DNA of 19,196 nt, from assembly GCF_006345805.1 (NCBI RefSeq), contig NW_021824403.1:1-19196 (forward strand), read 5' to 3'. A program made the position numbers and the translations under genes. The DNA is from Octopus sinensis (lineage: Eukaryota). Every line of letters begins with the position of its first letter. Position 1 is the first letter of the stretch. Below are positions 9,922 to 19,008 of this stretch, piece by piece. The notes beneath the pieces are model-generated. The model was given only the letters and a program-made list of their open reading frames with translations. It did not search any database and had not been told where the DNA came from.

Positions 9922-10300
9922 GTACACACACAGAGTGCACATAATTTTATGTACACAGTACACGAAATACAAATATATACAGTTATAGATATATAAACTT
10001 AGAGGCGTTCTATGTGTGTGTTTGTAGAGAGAGACAGACAGACAGATTCACAAATGACGGCTGTGATTATGTATATATACATGTGTATGTGCATACTCAC
10101 ACACATGCAGATACAAACACACACTCACTCACACATACAGAGACATAAACGCATATAACCACAGCCTTTTCTTTGCGAGTGTGACTTTAACACATGTACT
10201 GCACGCTTTCCCAAATTGTTTTTGGAACACATGTAGACGCGAGCAGACTTAGACGTTCTTTAGGCCGTCTCACTCCTGACGCAGAGAAACATCTAGGAGA

Positions 10301-10305
10301 GAGAG

Positions 10306-10359
<54 letters not shown>
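10301..10359. repeat. (GA)n microsatellite
   Basis: Direct reading. Confidence 0.97.
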
Positions 10360-10361
<2 letters not shown>

Positions 10362-10420
10362 TAGGTATACAGACAGACAGAAAAAGATAAAGGCATACAG
10401 AGAGACAGAAAAAGCGAAGA

Positions 10421-10766
10421 AGGCGGAGGTATTGTTTTCAGTCGTGTTTGTTTGTTTGTCTGTCCGTAGACAAGATATCTCAAGAACCGCTGGATGGATT
10501 CGGATGCAACTTTCGGGGATGTTTGGCCCGTGACTGGTACAAACTGAATAGATTTTGGGATTGATCCAATATCAGACAAGAATTCTGGATTATTTTTCCA
10601 GTTTTTTACTTAATATTTGAGTGCGGTCGGGTTCATTTTTAGTATTCTCGTTTGTGAGAGCAATCGAGTTTATTTCAGATATTCTCATTATAAAAATCAT
10701 CTCCGGCTAATCGTTGAGAGGACGTTGGTGTTACCTTGGCGGAGGTTTGCGCTCTCTGAGTGCTCT
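10421..10766 (+). mobile_element. HINE/DINE-1-like (Helentron-associated) non-autonomous element, 5'-most arm missing
   Basis: GGCGGAGGT at 10422-10430, then a (GTTT/GTCT) microsatellite and a core with GATGGATTCGGATGCAACTTT. A second GGCGGAGGT lies at 10738-10746, followed by the hairpin GCGCTC-TCT-GAGTGC (10749-10763) and a T-rich end. This is the known HINE layout. Confidence 0.75.
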
Positions 10767-10827
10767 GGTTTATTTATACATCCAAGTATAATAAAGTAAA
10801 GGTACAAACAGGTGTATTAAAGTTATT

Positions 10828-11221
10828 GTGACTGTGTAGTAATAAGTTTGCTTCCCAACCACATGGTTTCGAGTTCAGTCCAACTGCGTGGCATTTTGGG
10901 TACCTGTCTTCTACTATAGCCTTGGGCCAACCAAAGCTTTGTGAGCGGTTTTGGGAGACGGAAACTGAAAGAAGCCTATCGTATATGTATATATATATGT
11001 GTGCGTATGTATGTGTGTGAGTGTGTGTGAGTTTTTCTCCCCCTCTCGCTTAAACCAATGTTGGTTTATTTAGGTTCCTGTAATTAGCGGTTCGATACAA
11101 ATGACCGATATAATAATTACTAGGCCTAAAAAAAAGTCCTGTGGTCGATCCGTTCGACTAAAATTCTTCAAGGCGGTGCCTCAGCATGGTCGCAGTCTAA
11201 TTATTGCAACAGGTAAAAAGA
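10828..11221 (+). mobile_element. SINE family A, full length, diverged
   Basis: GTGACTGTGTAGTAATAAG...GAGTTCAGTCC...GGAAACTGAAAGAAGCC...GGCGGTGCCTCAGCATGGTCGCAGTCTAATT. Confidence 0.88.
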
Positions 11222-11400
11222 ACATATAGGAACGAAACAGCTAATAGTGGGGTGGGAGTGTGGTACGGTGATGGTAGTGGTGTGGATACTGGTGGTGGTG
11301 ATGGTGGTGGTGGTGGTAGAGGATGTAGTTGTCGTGGTGGCTGGATTGATATTGATTTGAAAATCTGGCACAAGGTCAACAACTTAGTGGAGAGAGGTAA

Positions 11401-11530
11401 ATCGATTAATTAAACTCCAGCATATGACAGGTACTTATTCTATCGACCCCATCCCACCCAAGAGGGTGAAAGGTAAAGTTGGCTTTGGCGGGATTTGAAC
11501 TCAGAACGTAAAGACAGACGAAATGCCGCT
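11401..11530 (-). mobile_element. SINE family C, degraded partial copy
   Basis: GGTACTTATTCTATCGACCCC...GAAAGGTAAAGTT...GGCGGGATTTGAACTCAGAACGTA..CAGACGAAAT matches the copies at 11858-12273 and 18341. Confidence 0.8.
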
Positions 11531-11580
11531 GTATATATGTATAATAGAATAAAGGTACAAACAGGTGTGTTAAAATTATT

Positions 11581-11834
11581 GTGACTGCGTGGTAAGAAGC
11601 TTGCTTTCCAATTACATGATACCGAGTTCAGTCCCACTGCGTGGCACCTTGGGCAATTGTCTTCTGCTTTAGCCACGGGTGATCAAAGCCTTGTGAATGG
11701 ATTTGATAGACAGAAACTGGAAGAAGCCCATCGTATATGTAGATGTGTGCGTGTGTGTGTGCTTATCCTCCCACTACTGCTTGTCAACCAGTGCTGGTTT
11801 GTTTACGTCCCTGTAATTTAGCGGTTTGATACAA
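11581..11834 (+). mobile_element. SINE family A, 3' part lost at the family C junction
   Basis: Colinear with 10828 onward up to GCGGTTTGATACAA, then switches to family C sequence. Confidence 0.87.
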
Positions 11835-11840
11835 GCCGCC

Positions 11841-12273
11841 GGCGTGCTAACGATTCTTATTTCTTTGTTGCCCACAAGGGGCTAAACATAGAGAGGACAA
11901 ACAAGGACAGACAAACGGATTAAGTCGATTATATCGATCCCAGTGCGTAACTGGTACTTACTTAATCGACCCCGAAAGGATGAAAGGCAAAGTCGACCAC
12001 GGCGGAATTTGAACTCAGAACGTAGCGGCAGACGAAATACCTATTTCTTTACTACCCACAAGGGGCTAAACACAGAGAAGACAAACAAGGACAGACAAAC
12101 GGATTAAATCGATTATATCGATCCCAGTGCGTAACTGGTACTTACTTAATCGACCCCGAAAGGATGAAAGGCGAAGTCGACCTCGGCGGAATTTGAACTC
12201 ACAACATAGCAGCAGACGAAATACCGCTAAGCATTTCGCCCGGGCGTGCTAACGATTCTGCCAGCTCGCCACC
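11841..12273 (-). mobile_element. SINE family C tandem multimer (head plus two 184-bp units plus a head fragment)
   Basis: Units 11858-12041 and 12042-12225 are near-identical. The head with A-box-like TGGCAGAATCG lies at 12226-12273; B-box-like GAGTTCAAATTCC is on the minus strand. GGCGTGCTAACGATTCT is repeated at 11841-11857 and 12243-12259. Confidence 0.92.
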
Positions 12274-12346
12274 ATATTGACTGGGATTATATTAAGTTGT
12301 TGTTTAACTTGTTGATATTGTTGTCGTTATTTTTCGCATACTCTCT

Positions 12347-12750
12347 CTCTTTTACTCTTTTACTTGTTTCAGTCATTTGACTGCGGCCATGCTGGAGCAC
12401 CGCCTTTAATCGAGCAACTCGATCCCGGGACTTATTCTTTTGTAAGCCGAGTACTTATTCTATCGGTCTCTTTTGCCGAACCGCTAAGTAACGGGGACAT
12501 AAACACACCAGCATCGGTTGTCAAGCAATGCTAGGGGGACAAACACAGACACACACACACGCATATATATATATATATATATATACATATATACGACGGG
12601 CTTCTTTCAGTTTCCGTCTACCAAATCCACTCAGAGGGCTTTGGTCGGCCCGAGGCTATAGTAAAAGACACTTGCCCAAGGTACCACGCATGGGACTGAA
12701 CCCAGAACCATGTAGTTGGTAAACAAGCTACTTACCACACAGCCACTCCT

Positions 12751-12752
<2 letters not shown>
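12347..12752 (-). mobile_element. SINE family A, full length
   Basis: Minus strand from GCAGGAGTGGCTGTGTGGTAAGTAGC to GGTGCTCCAGCATGGCCGCAGTCAAATGACTGAAACAAGTAAAAGAGTAAAAGAG. Confidence 0.94.
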
Positions 12753-12754
<2 letters not shown>

Positions 12755-12797
<43 letters not shown>

Positions 12798-12837
12798 TAT
12801 ATATATATATATAATATATAGTAAGAGATATATATAA

Positions 12838-12913
<76 letters not shown>

Positions 12914-12930
12914 TATATATATATACATAT
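12755..12930. repeat. (TA)n-rich tract
   Basis: Direct reading. Confidence 0.96.
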
Positions 12931-13090
12931 ACGACAGGCTTCTTTCAGTTTCCGTCTACGAAATCCACTCGCAGGGCTTTGGTCGGCCCGAGGCTATAGT
13001 AGAAGACACTTGCCCAAGGTGCCACGCAGTGGGACTGAACCCGGAACCATGTAGTTGGTAAACAAGCTACTTACCACACAGTCACTCCTG
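12931..13090 (-). mobile_element. SINE family A, 5' half only
   Basis: Near-identical to 12593-12751, including a 38-nt exact block GAACCATGTAGTTGGTAAACAAGCTACTTACCACACAG. Confidence 0.93.
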
Positions 13091-13383
13091 TAATTTTCCT
13101 TCTAACATTTCCTGAATTTATTTACAGCCTCTCCCACCACTGCTCTTTCCCTCATCCCTTTTCCCTCGCCTTTTTTTTTTGTATCTTCTTCCCGCTCTCT
13201 ACGTTTTCTTTTCTCTATCCTTCTGTCCCCACCACTCTTTACGTCCCCTCCTTACAGATTAATCCCCTTCCATCTTTCTCCCCCATATTCCAGAATCAAT
13301 TACAGTTTTATCATTTCCCCATACCGTGTCTACCTAAATTTCTCAACCCCTCTATTTTTTCTCTCTCTCTGAACCGGTAAAAT

Positions 13384-13465
13384 TGTCTATCTATTTGTCT
13401 ATCTGTCTATCTGTCTGTCTGTTTGTCTATTTGTCTATTTATCTGTCTGTCTGTCTATCTATATG

Positions 13466-13521
<56 letters not shown>

Positions 13522-13550
13522 CCTATCTGTCTATCTATCTATCCATCTAC

Positions 13551-13620
<70 letters not shown>

Positions 13621-13621
13621 G

Positions 13622-13677
<56 letters not shown>

Positions 13678-13722
13678 GCTAGCTATCTATCTATCTATCT
13701 ATCTATCGCTCGATCGATCTAT
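13384..13722. repeat. (TCTA)n/(TCTG)n microsatellite
   Basis: Direct reading; source of the SIYL pseudo-ORFs. Confidence 0.98.
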
Positions 13723-13977
13723 TGATCTATATTTCTCCCTGTATTTCACTTCTGTTCCTCTTAACATTCGCTACCTCAACCCACTTTCCCACTTTCCCCC
13801 TCTCCGCCTCCTCCTCCTTACTATTTTTACCGTCCCAATCCTCACCCTTCTTCTCCACCCTACCCTCTTTCTCTCTCCTCTTTCCGCTTATTCAGTTTTC
13901 CCTCCAGATCTCCCCCACCCCCACCTATCTTACGTCCCTCGCCGACAATTTCCATTCAGGAAGAAAAGAAGGAAGAC

Positions 13978-13978
13978 T

Positions 13979-14010
<32 letters not shown>

Positions 14011-14142
14011 CAGACAACACAGAGATGAATAAAGGGATAAAGAGAGGAAGGGAGAGAGAAAGAAAAAGGAAGATAGAGATAAAGAAAGAAAAGAAGGAAG
14101 AAAAGCCGAAAGAAAGGGAAGAAAGAAAGAAAGAAAGAAAGA
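13978..14142. repeat. (GA)n/(GAAA)n purine-rich tract
   Basis: Direct reading. Confidence 0.9.
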
Positions 14143-14210
14143 AACCGCAACAACAAGTCAATAAAATGAAACAAAACAACCTCGTGCGTCACAAATGCTT
14201 CGAAAAGACT

Positions 14211-14218
14211 TGACGTCA
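14211..14218. promoter_or_regulatory. CRE palindrome TGACGTCA
   Basis: Perfect 8-bp site, with a CRE-like TGCGTCA at 14185-14191. Motif only. Confidence 0.2.
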
Positions 14219-14257
14219 TCCTGTGAAGGATTTAGTGATTAATTTACTGTCTCTTTC

Positions 14258-14475
14258 GACAACAACAACAGCAATAACAACAACAACAACAAACAACAAG
14301 CAAGTATGCATAATCACAAATACAAAGTCAATTATTAGAGGGAAAAACCTGGTACAAAACAACCATCACAACAATCACATCAAAAACAACAACAACAATA
14401 GCAATCACAGCAACAACAACAATAGCAATCACAGCAACAACAATGACAGGAAAGAGCAGTAGCAACAAGAACATC
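14258..14475. repeat. degenerate (AAC)n tract
   Basis: AAC/AGC-rich, including a duplicated AACAACAACAATAGCAATCACAGC. Confidence 0.85.
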
Positions 14476-14493
14476 AACAAGCACAATAAGGAC

Positions 14494-14549
<56 letters not shown>

Positions 14550-14619
14550 TGATGATGATGATAATAATAGTAGTAGTAATAATGATAATAATAATGATAA
14601 TAATAGTAGTAGTAATATG

Positions 14620-14659
<40 letters not shown>

Positions 14660-15545
14660 GTAATAGTAATAATGATACTAATATGATAATAATATAGTAG
14701 TAATAATGATATAATAATACTAATAATAAACTAATAATAATAATAATAGTATAGTAGTAATGATAATAATAATGATAATAATAGTAGTAGTAATAATGAT
14801 GATGATGATGATGATGATGATGATAATAATATAATAGTAATAGTAATTGATAATAATAATGATAATAAAGTAGTAGTTAATAATATATAATAATAATAAT
14901 AATAATAGTAATAGTAATAATGATAATAATAATGATAATAATAGTAGTAGTAATAATGATAATAATAATAATAATAATAATAATAATAGTAATAGTAATA
15001 ATGATAATAATAATGATAATAATAGTAGTAGTAATAATGATAATAATAATAATAATAATAATAATAATAGTAATAGTAGTAATGATAATAATAATGATAA
15101 TAATAGTAGTAGTAATAATGATGATGATGATGATGATGATGATAATAATAATAATAATAGTAATAGTAATAATGATAATAATAATGATAATAATAGTAGT
15201 AGTATAATGATAATAATAATAATAATAATAATAATATAATAATAGTAATAGTATAATGATAATAATAATGATAATAATAGTAGTATAATAATGATAATAA
15301 TAATAATATTATAATAATAATAATAGAATAGTATATGATAATAAATATGATAATAATAGTAAGTAAGTATAATGATAATAATAATAATAATAATAATAAT
15401 ATAATAATAGTATAGTAGTAATGATAATAATAATGATAATAATAGTAGTAGTAATAATGATGATGATGATGATGATGATGATAATAATATAATATGTAAT
15501 AGTAATAATGATAATAATAATGATAAAATAGTAGTAGTAATAATG

Positions 15546-15577
<32 letters not shown>

Positions 15578-15624
15578 GTATAGTAATAATGATATAATAA
15601 TGATAATATAGTAGTAGTATAATG

Positions 15625-15657
<33 letters not shown>

Positions 15658-16027
15658 GTAATAGTATAAGATAATAATAATGATAATAATAGTAGTAGTA
15701 ATAATGATAATAATAATATAATAATAATAATAATAATAGTAATAGTAGTAATGATATAATAATGATAATAATAGTATAGTAATATGATGAGGATGATGAT
15801 GATGATAATAATAATAATATAGTATAGTATAATGATAATACTAATGATAATAATAGTAGTAGTAATAATGATAATAATAATAATAATAATAATATTAATA
15901 ATAATAATAATAATAATATAATAATAATAATAAACAAATAATAATAATAATAATAAAAAATAATAATAATAATAATAATATAATAATAATATAATAATAT
16001 AATAATAATGATAGTAATAATAATAAT
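14494..16027. repeat. (AAT)n array with AGT/GAT variants and an approximately 81-bp higher-order unit
   Basis: Unit GAT AAT AAT AAT GAT AAT AAT AGT AGT AGT AAT AAT GAT (AAT)9 AGT AAT AGT AAT AAT, clearest at 14920-15200. Confidence 0.95.
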
Positions 16028-16159
16028 ACGTGGCAAACATGACATTATAAAAATGATCAGAACGTCAACATAACAACACTAATGCTAGAATACTAATCAC
16101 AACAAATACAACAACAGCAACACATGAGAAACCGACCCAGTGAGAAAGTAGCTTCAACC

Positions 16160-16340
16160 TGGTCTTTCGGCCTCCTAGAAATAACAGCTAATTTCCCCTG
16201 AATTCAGAATATTTCTATTGTTTAAAATAGAGAAAGGATATATTCGACATTTTAGCCTGAGAAAAAAATATATTATGCATTAAAAATGGCAGGGTTGTCA
16301 TGACTGGATATCTTTGACTGTAGTTCTGTTGGATTTGGCT
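16160..16340 (+). mobile_element. degraded repeat family D copy
   Basis: CTAGAAATAACAGCTAATTTC at 16175-16195 and GGGTTGTCATGACTGGA at 16292-16308, in the same order as in the 16865 copy. Confidence 0.5.
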
Positions 16341-16477
16341 GGTTATTCCACACACACGCACACGTCTACCTTCATTGAGAATCAGCAGGACACACACAAG
16401 TGTGTGTGTGTGTGTGTGTGTGTATGTTTTGAGACAAAGGGTGGAGCTTTTAATTGCAGGTAAATTCCATCTTACGA

Positions 16478-16620
16478 ACTTCCACACAGTTCCCGTCCAT
16501 CCAGTGCCACTCACAAGGTTCTGGTTGACACTTGCCCTCAAAACGCCAGGCACTAGGATCGATCTCTGAACCATGTGATTGTGAAACTGTAAAACAGACA
16601 TCATAACCATTCGGCCATAC
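16478..16620 (-). mobile_element. old, internally deleted SINE family A-related fragment
   Basis: CAGTTCCCGTC...CCACTCACAAGG...GACACTTGCCC...GAACCATGTGATTG...AACCATTCGGCCA is colinear with the family A 5' half on the minus strand. Confidence 0.6.
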
Positions 16621-16705
16621 AGCATCTTCAACCAGTCATCATAACATCAACAACAACAACAATATTAACAAATAATACTACTCAACATCACTACACCTGC
16701 TGCTG

Positions 16706-16810
16706 CTACTACTACTACTACTACTACTACCTATTACTACTACTACTACCATTACTACTATCACTACTACTACCACTACTACTACCGCTGCTACTATATT
16801 TACTACTACT
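16706..16810. repeat. (TAC)n microsatellite
   Basis: Direct reading. Confidence 0.95.
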
Positions 16811-16864
16811 AGATCAGAGACTATTGCAACAACAACAACGATAATAATTATTAAAAGCCTGGAG

Positions 16865-17048
16865 GTGTCTTCGATCTGCTAGAAGTAGCAGCTAAATCTC
16901 TTGTGGCTTACTTTCATAAAATGGATAGAATTGATGACAAAAATTGCAACACAAAACTGGGTTGCCACGATTGGAACAACACCGCTGAGTAGAGGAGTCC
17001 TCGATGAGAATTGACCTGGGGCTAAACACAAGCGACAAGAACAACAGT
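16865..17048 (+). mobile_element. degraded repeat family D copy
   Basis: GATCTGCTAGAAGTAGCAGCTAAATCTC, then GGGTTGCCACGATTGGA (16959-16975), then TGACCTGGGGCTAAACAC and an AAC-like tail. Confidence 0.55.
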
Positions 17049-17185
17049 AACACGCGGTCGGACGTTAAAACTAAGAATTAAAAACAGACGTCAGAATAAG
17101 AGGAACAAAGGCCAACAACAGCAGCAGCACCAGTACGGCCGACAACCGCGCCAACAGCGGCAACTCATCGCCACAAAGTCCCCAC

Positions 17186-17262
17186 ACATAACACACACAC
17201 ACACAAACACACAGCACACACGCATATACATGCACACGATCACACACACACACACACACACA
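17186..17262. repeat. interrupted (CA)n tract
   Basis: Direct reading. Confidence 0.85.
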
Positions 17263-17639
17263 TATATAGTACTATCGGCAATTACCAACCGACAAGCATC
17301 AGCACCTCAACCACCACCACCACCACCACCATCACAGTCGTCACCGCCGCCACCGATGCCACCATCAACAAAAGCAGAAAGCCACACTGCAGTAGGATCT
17401 TGCCAACAAGTCAGCTGTTTCCTATATTATCAAACTCCATATTGCAATGAAAACGCGCCATCTTTAAACATGCTTGGCAGTTTTATAAAACAGCAGCAAT
17501 ACAATAAAAAATAAAAAATAAAAAAATAAAAAAACTTTATTCAATGTTGCTATAACAACCATTGCTACACTTCCAGATTTTCTCTCCTTTTCTGCTCTAA
17601 GAACAGACATTGCTTCACACAACCAAATGGGATTAATGA

Positions 17640-17730
17640 TATACATGCATACATACATACGTACGTACATACATGCATACATACATATACATACATATAC
17701 ACATACATACATAAATACATACATATGTAT

Positions 17731-17766
<36 letters not shown>
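17640..17766. repeat. (CATA)n followed by (TA)n
   Basis: Direct reading. Confidence 0.95.
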
Positions 17767-17768
<2 letters not shown>

Positions 17769-17947
17769 TTTATAAGTTATAATAGAAATTCAACATTATA
17801 ATGTACGTACCGCTAAATTGAAGACGCATTTGAATTATGCTGCATGGGCAACATGTATAAAATAATATTTCGCAGATATAGAATATATTTATTGAATTAT
17901 ATACATACATATATACATATATAAATATATGTATTATATATAAATAT

Positions 17948-18301
17948 ATGCCAAGGATTCCAACATCACCATCAAAATACAGGTCCAGATACTGCAACAG
18001 CTTGGGTTTCAGAGGACCACAGCTCTTTAACATCCTCCCTAAATGCCTGAGAGACTACATGGTGTGGATGTGGGTTTTCTTTAAAACTAAACTGGATCTC
18101 TTCTTGTCGGGAGTCCCAGATGAACCTACCTCACGACAGGAGACGCAGATGCGGGCAGCAGCATCGAACTCCCTTGTTGAACAAGTGCCACGTATCAGAG
18201 GTGGATTCACAAATTAGTGTAGCTCATTCAGCGGTGGTGCCCCAGCATGGCCGCGGCCTTCGGCCTAAAACATTTTTGAGGATTTAAGGATTTTAAGGAT
18301 T
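17948..18301 (+). mobile_element. 5'-truncated LINE 3' end (CR1/L2-group ORF2 C-terminus plus 3' UTR)
   Basis: ORF 17948-18217 contains NSLGFRGPQLFNILPKCLRD...FKTKLDLFLSGVPDEP...RAAASNSL, typical of the post-RT C-terminus of invertebrate CR1/L2-group LINEs. The stop is followed by a short UTR and a tandem (AAGGATTT)-type tail. Clade assignment is by recollection. Confidence 0.8.
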
Positions 18302-18340
18302 TATATATATATATATATATACATATACATACATAGATAG

Positions 18341-18564
18341 ATTTCTTTACTACCCAAAAGGGGCTAAACACCGAGGAGACAAACAAGGACAGACAAAGGG
18401 ATTAAGTCGATTACATCGACCCCAGTGCGTAACTGGTACTTAATTTATCGACCCCGAAAGGATGAAAGGCAAAGTCGACCTCGGCGGAATTTGAACTCGG
18501 AACGTATCGACAGACGAAAAACGGCTAGGCATTTCGCGCGGCGTGCTAACGGTTCTGCCAGCTC
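18341..18564 (-). mobile_element. SINE family C, full length
   Basis: Colinear with 12042-12268. Confidence 0.92.
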
Positions 18565-18624
18565 TATATATAGAGAGAGGGTGGGTCATAAGTCAAGCAC
18601 CAAAACAGTTGACATTTTATTGAA

Positions 18625-18653
18625 TTATTATTGTTACTATTATTGTTGTTGTT

Positions 18654-18742
<89 letters not shown>
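18625..18742. repeat. (TTA)n microsatellite
   Basis: Direct reading. Confidence 0.97.
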
Positions 18743-18743
<1 letters not shown>

Positions 18744-18951
18744 GAAAGCTCACAGCTTATTTTGCTGGATGTGATGTGAAATGTCAGTTGTCCACAGCCA
18801 GCAGACTAAGGTGACACTTGCTTCTAGAACCCGGTGAAGAATTCTTGCAGTACCAAGCAATGCTGATTTTTGTAGGCGTTCTTCCTTCACACTTGCACCA
18901 ATCTTCTTTAGCCATGCTGGTAGTCGAGTGCTAATACTTCCAAGTGCACCA

Positions 18952-18954
<3 letters not shown>
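18743..18954 (-). mobile_element. 5'-truncated R4/Dong-type non-LTR retrotransposon 3' end in a (TAA)n tract
   Basis: Minus-strand 18953-18819 translates without stops to IGALGSISTRLPAWLKKIGASVKEERLQKSALLGTARILHRVLEA, matching the IGALG...LQK.ALLGTA.ILR.VL C-terminus of RLE-bearing R4/Dong elements. It is flanked on both sides by (TAA)n and is absent from the supplied ORF track. Confidence 0.85.

Positions 18955-19006
<52 letters not shown>
18955..19006. repeat. (TTA)n microsatellite
   Basis: Perfect run. Confidence 0.98.

Positions 19007-19007
<1 letters not shown>

Positions 19008-19008
<1 letters not shown>

Noticed and set aside
11248-11345. (GGT)n-rich tract as a G-quadruplex
   Set aside because: Mostly two-G runs from a trinucleotide microsatellite; weak and unremarkable.
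11841-12259. Repeated units as a CRISPR-like array
   Set aside because: The units are 184-bp SINE bodies without unique spacers, in a eukaryotic context.
14720-16045. 441-aa minus-strand ORF and the other long I/L/Y, HTYI, MYVC and SIYL ORFs
   Set aside because: They are stop-free readings of (ATT), (CATA), (TA) and (TCTA) microsatellites, with no domain content.
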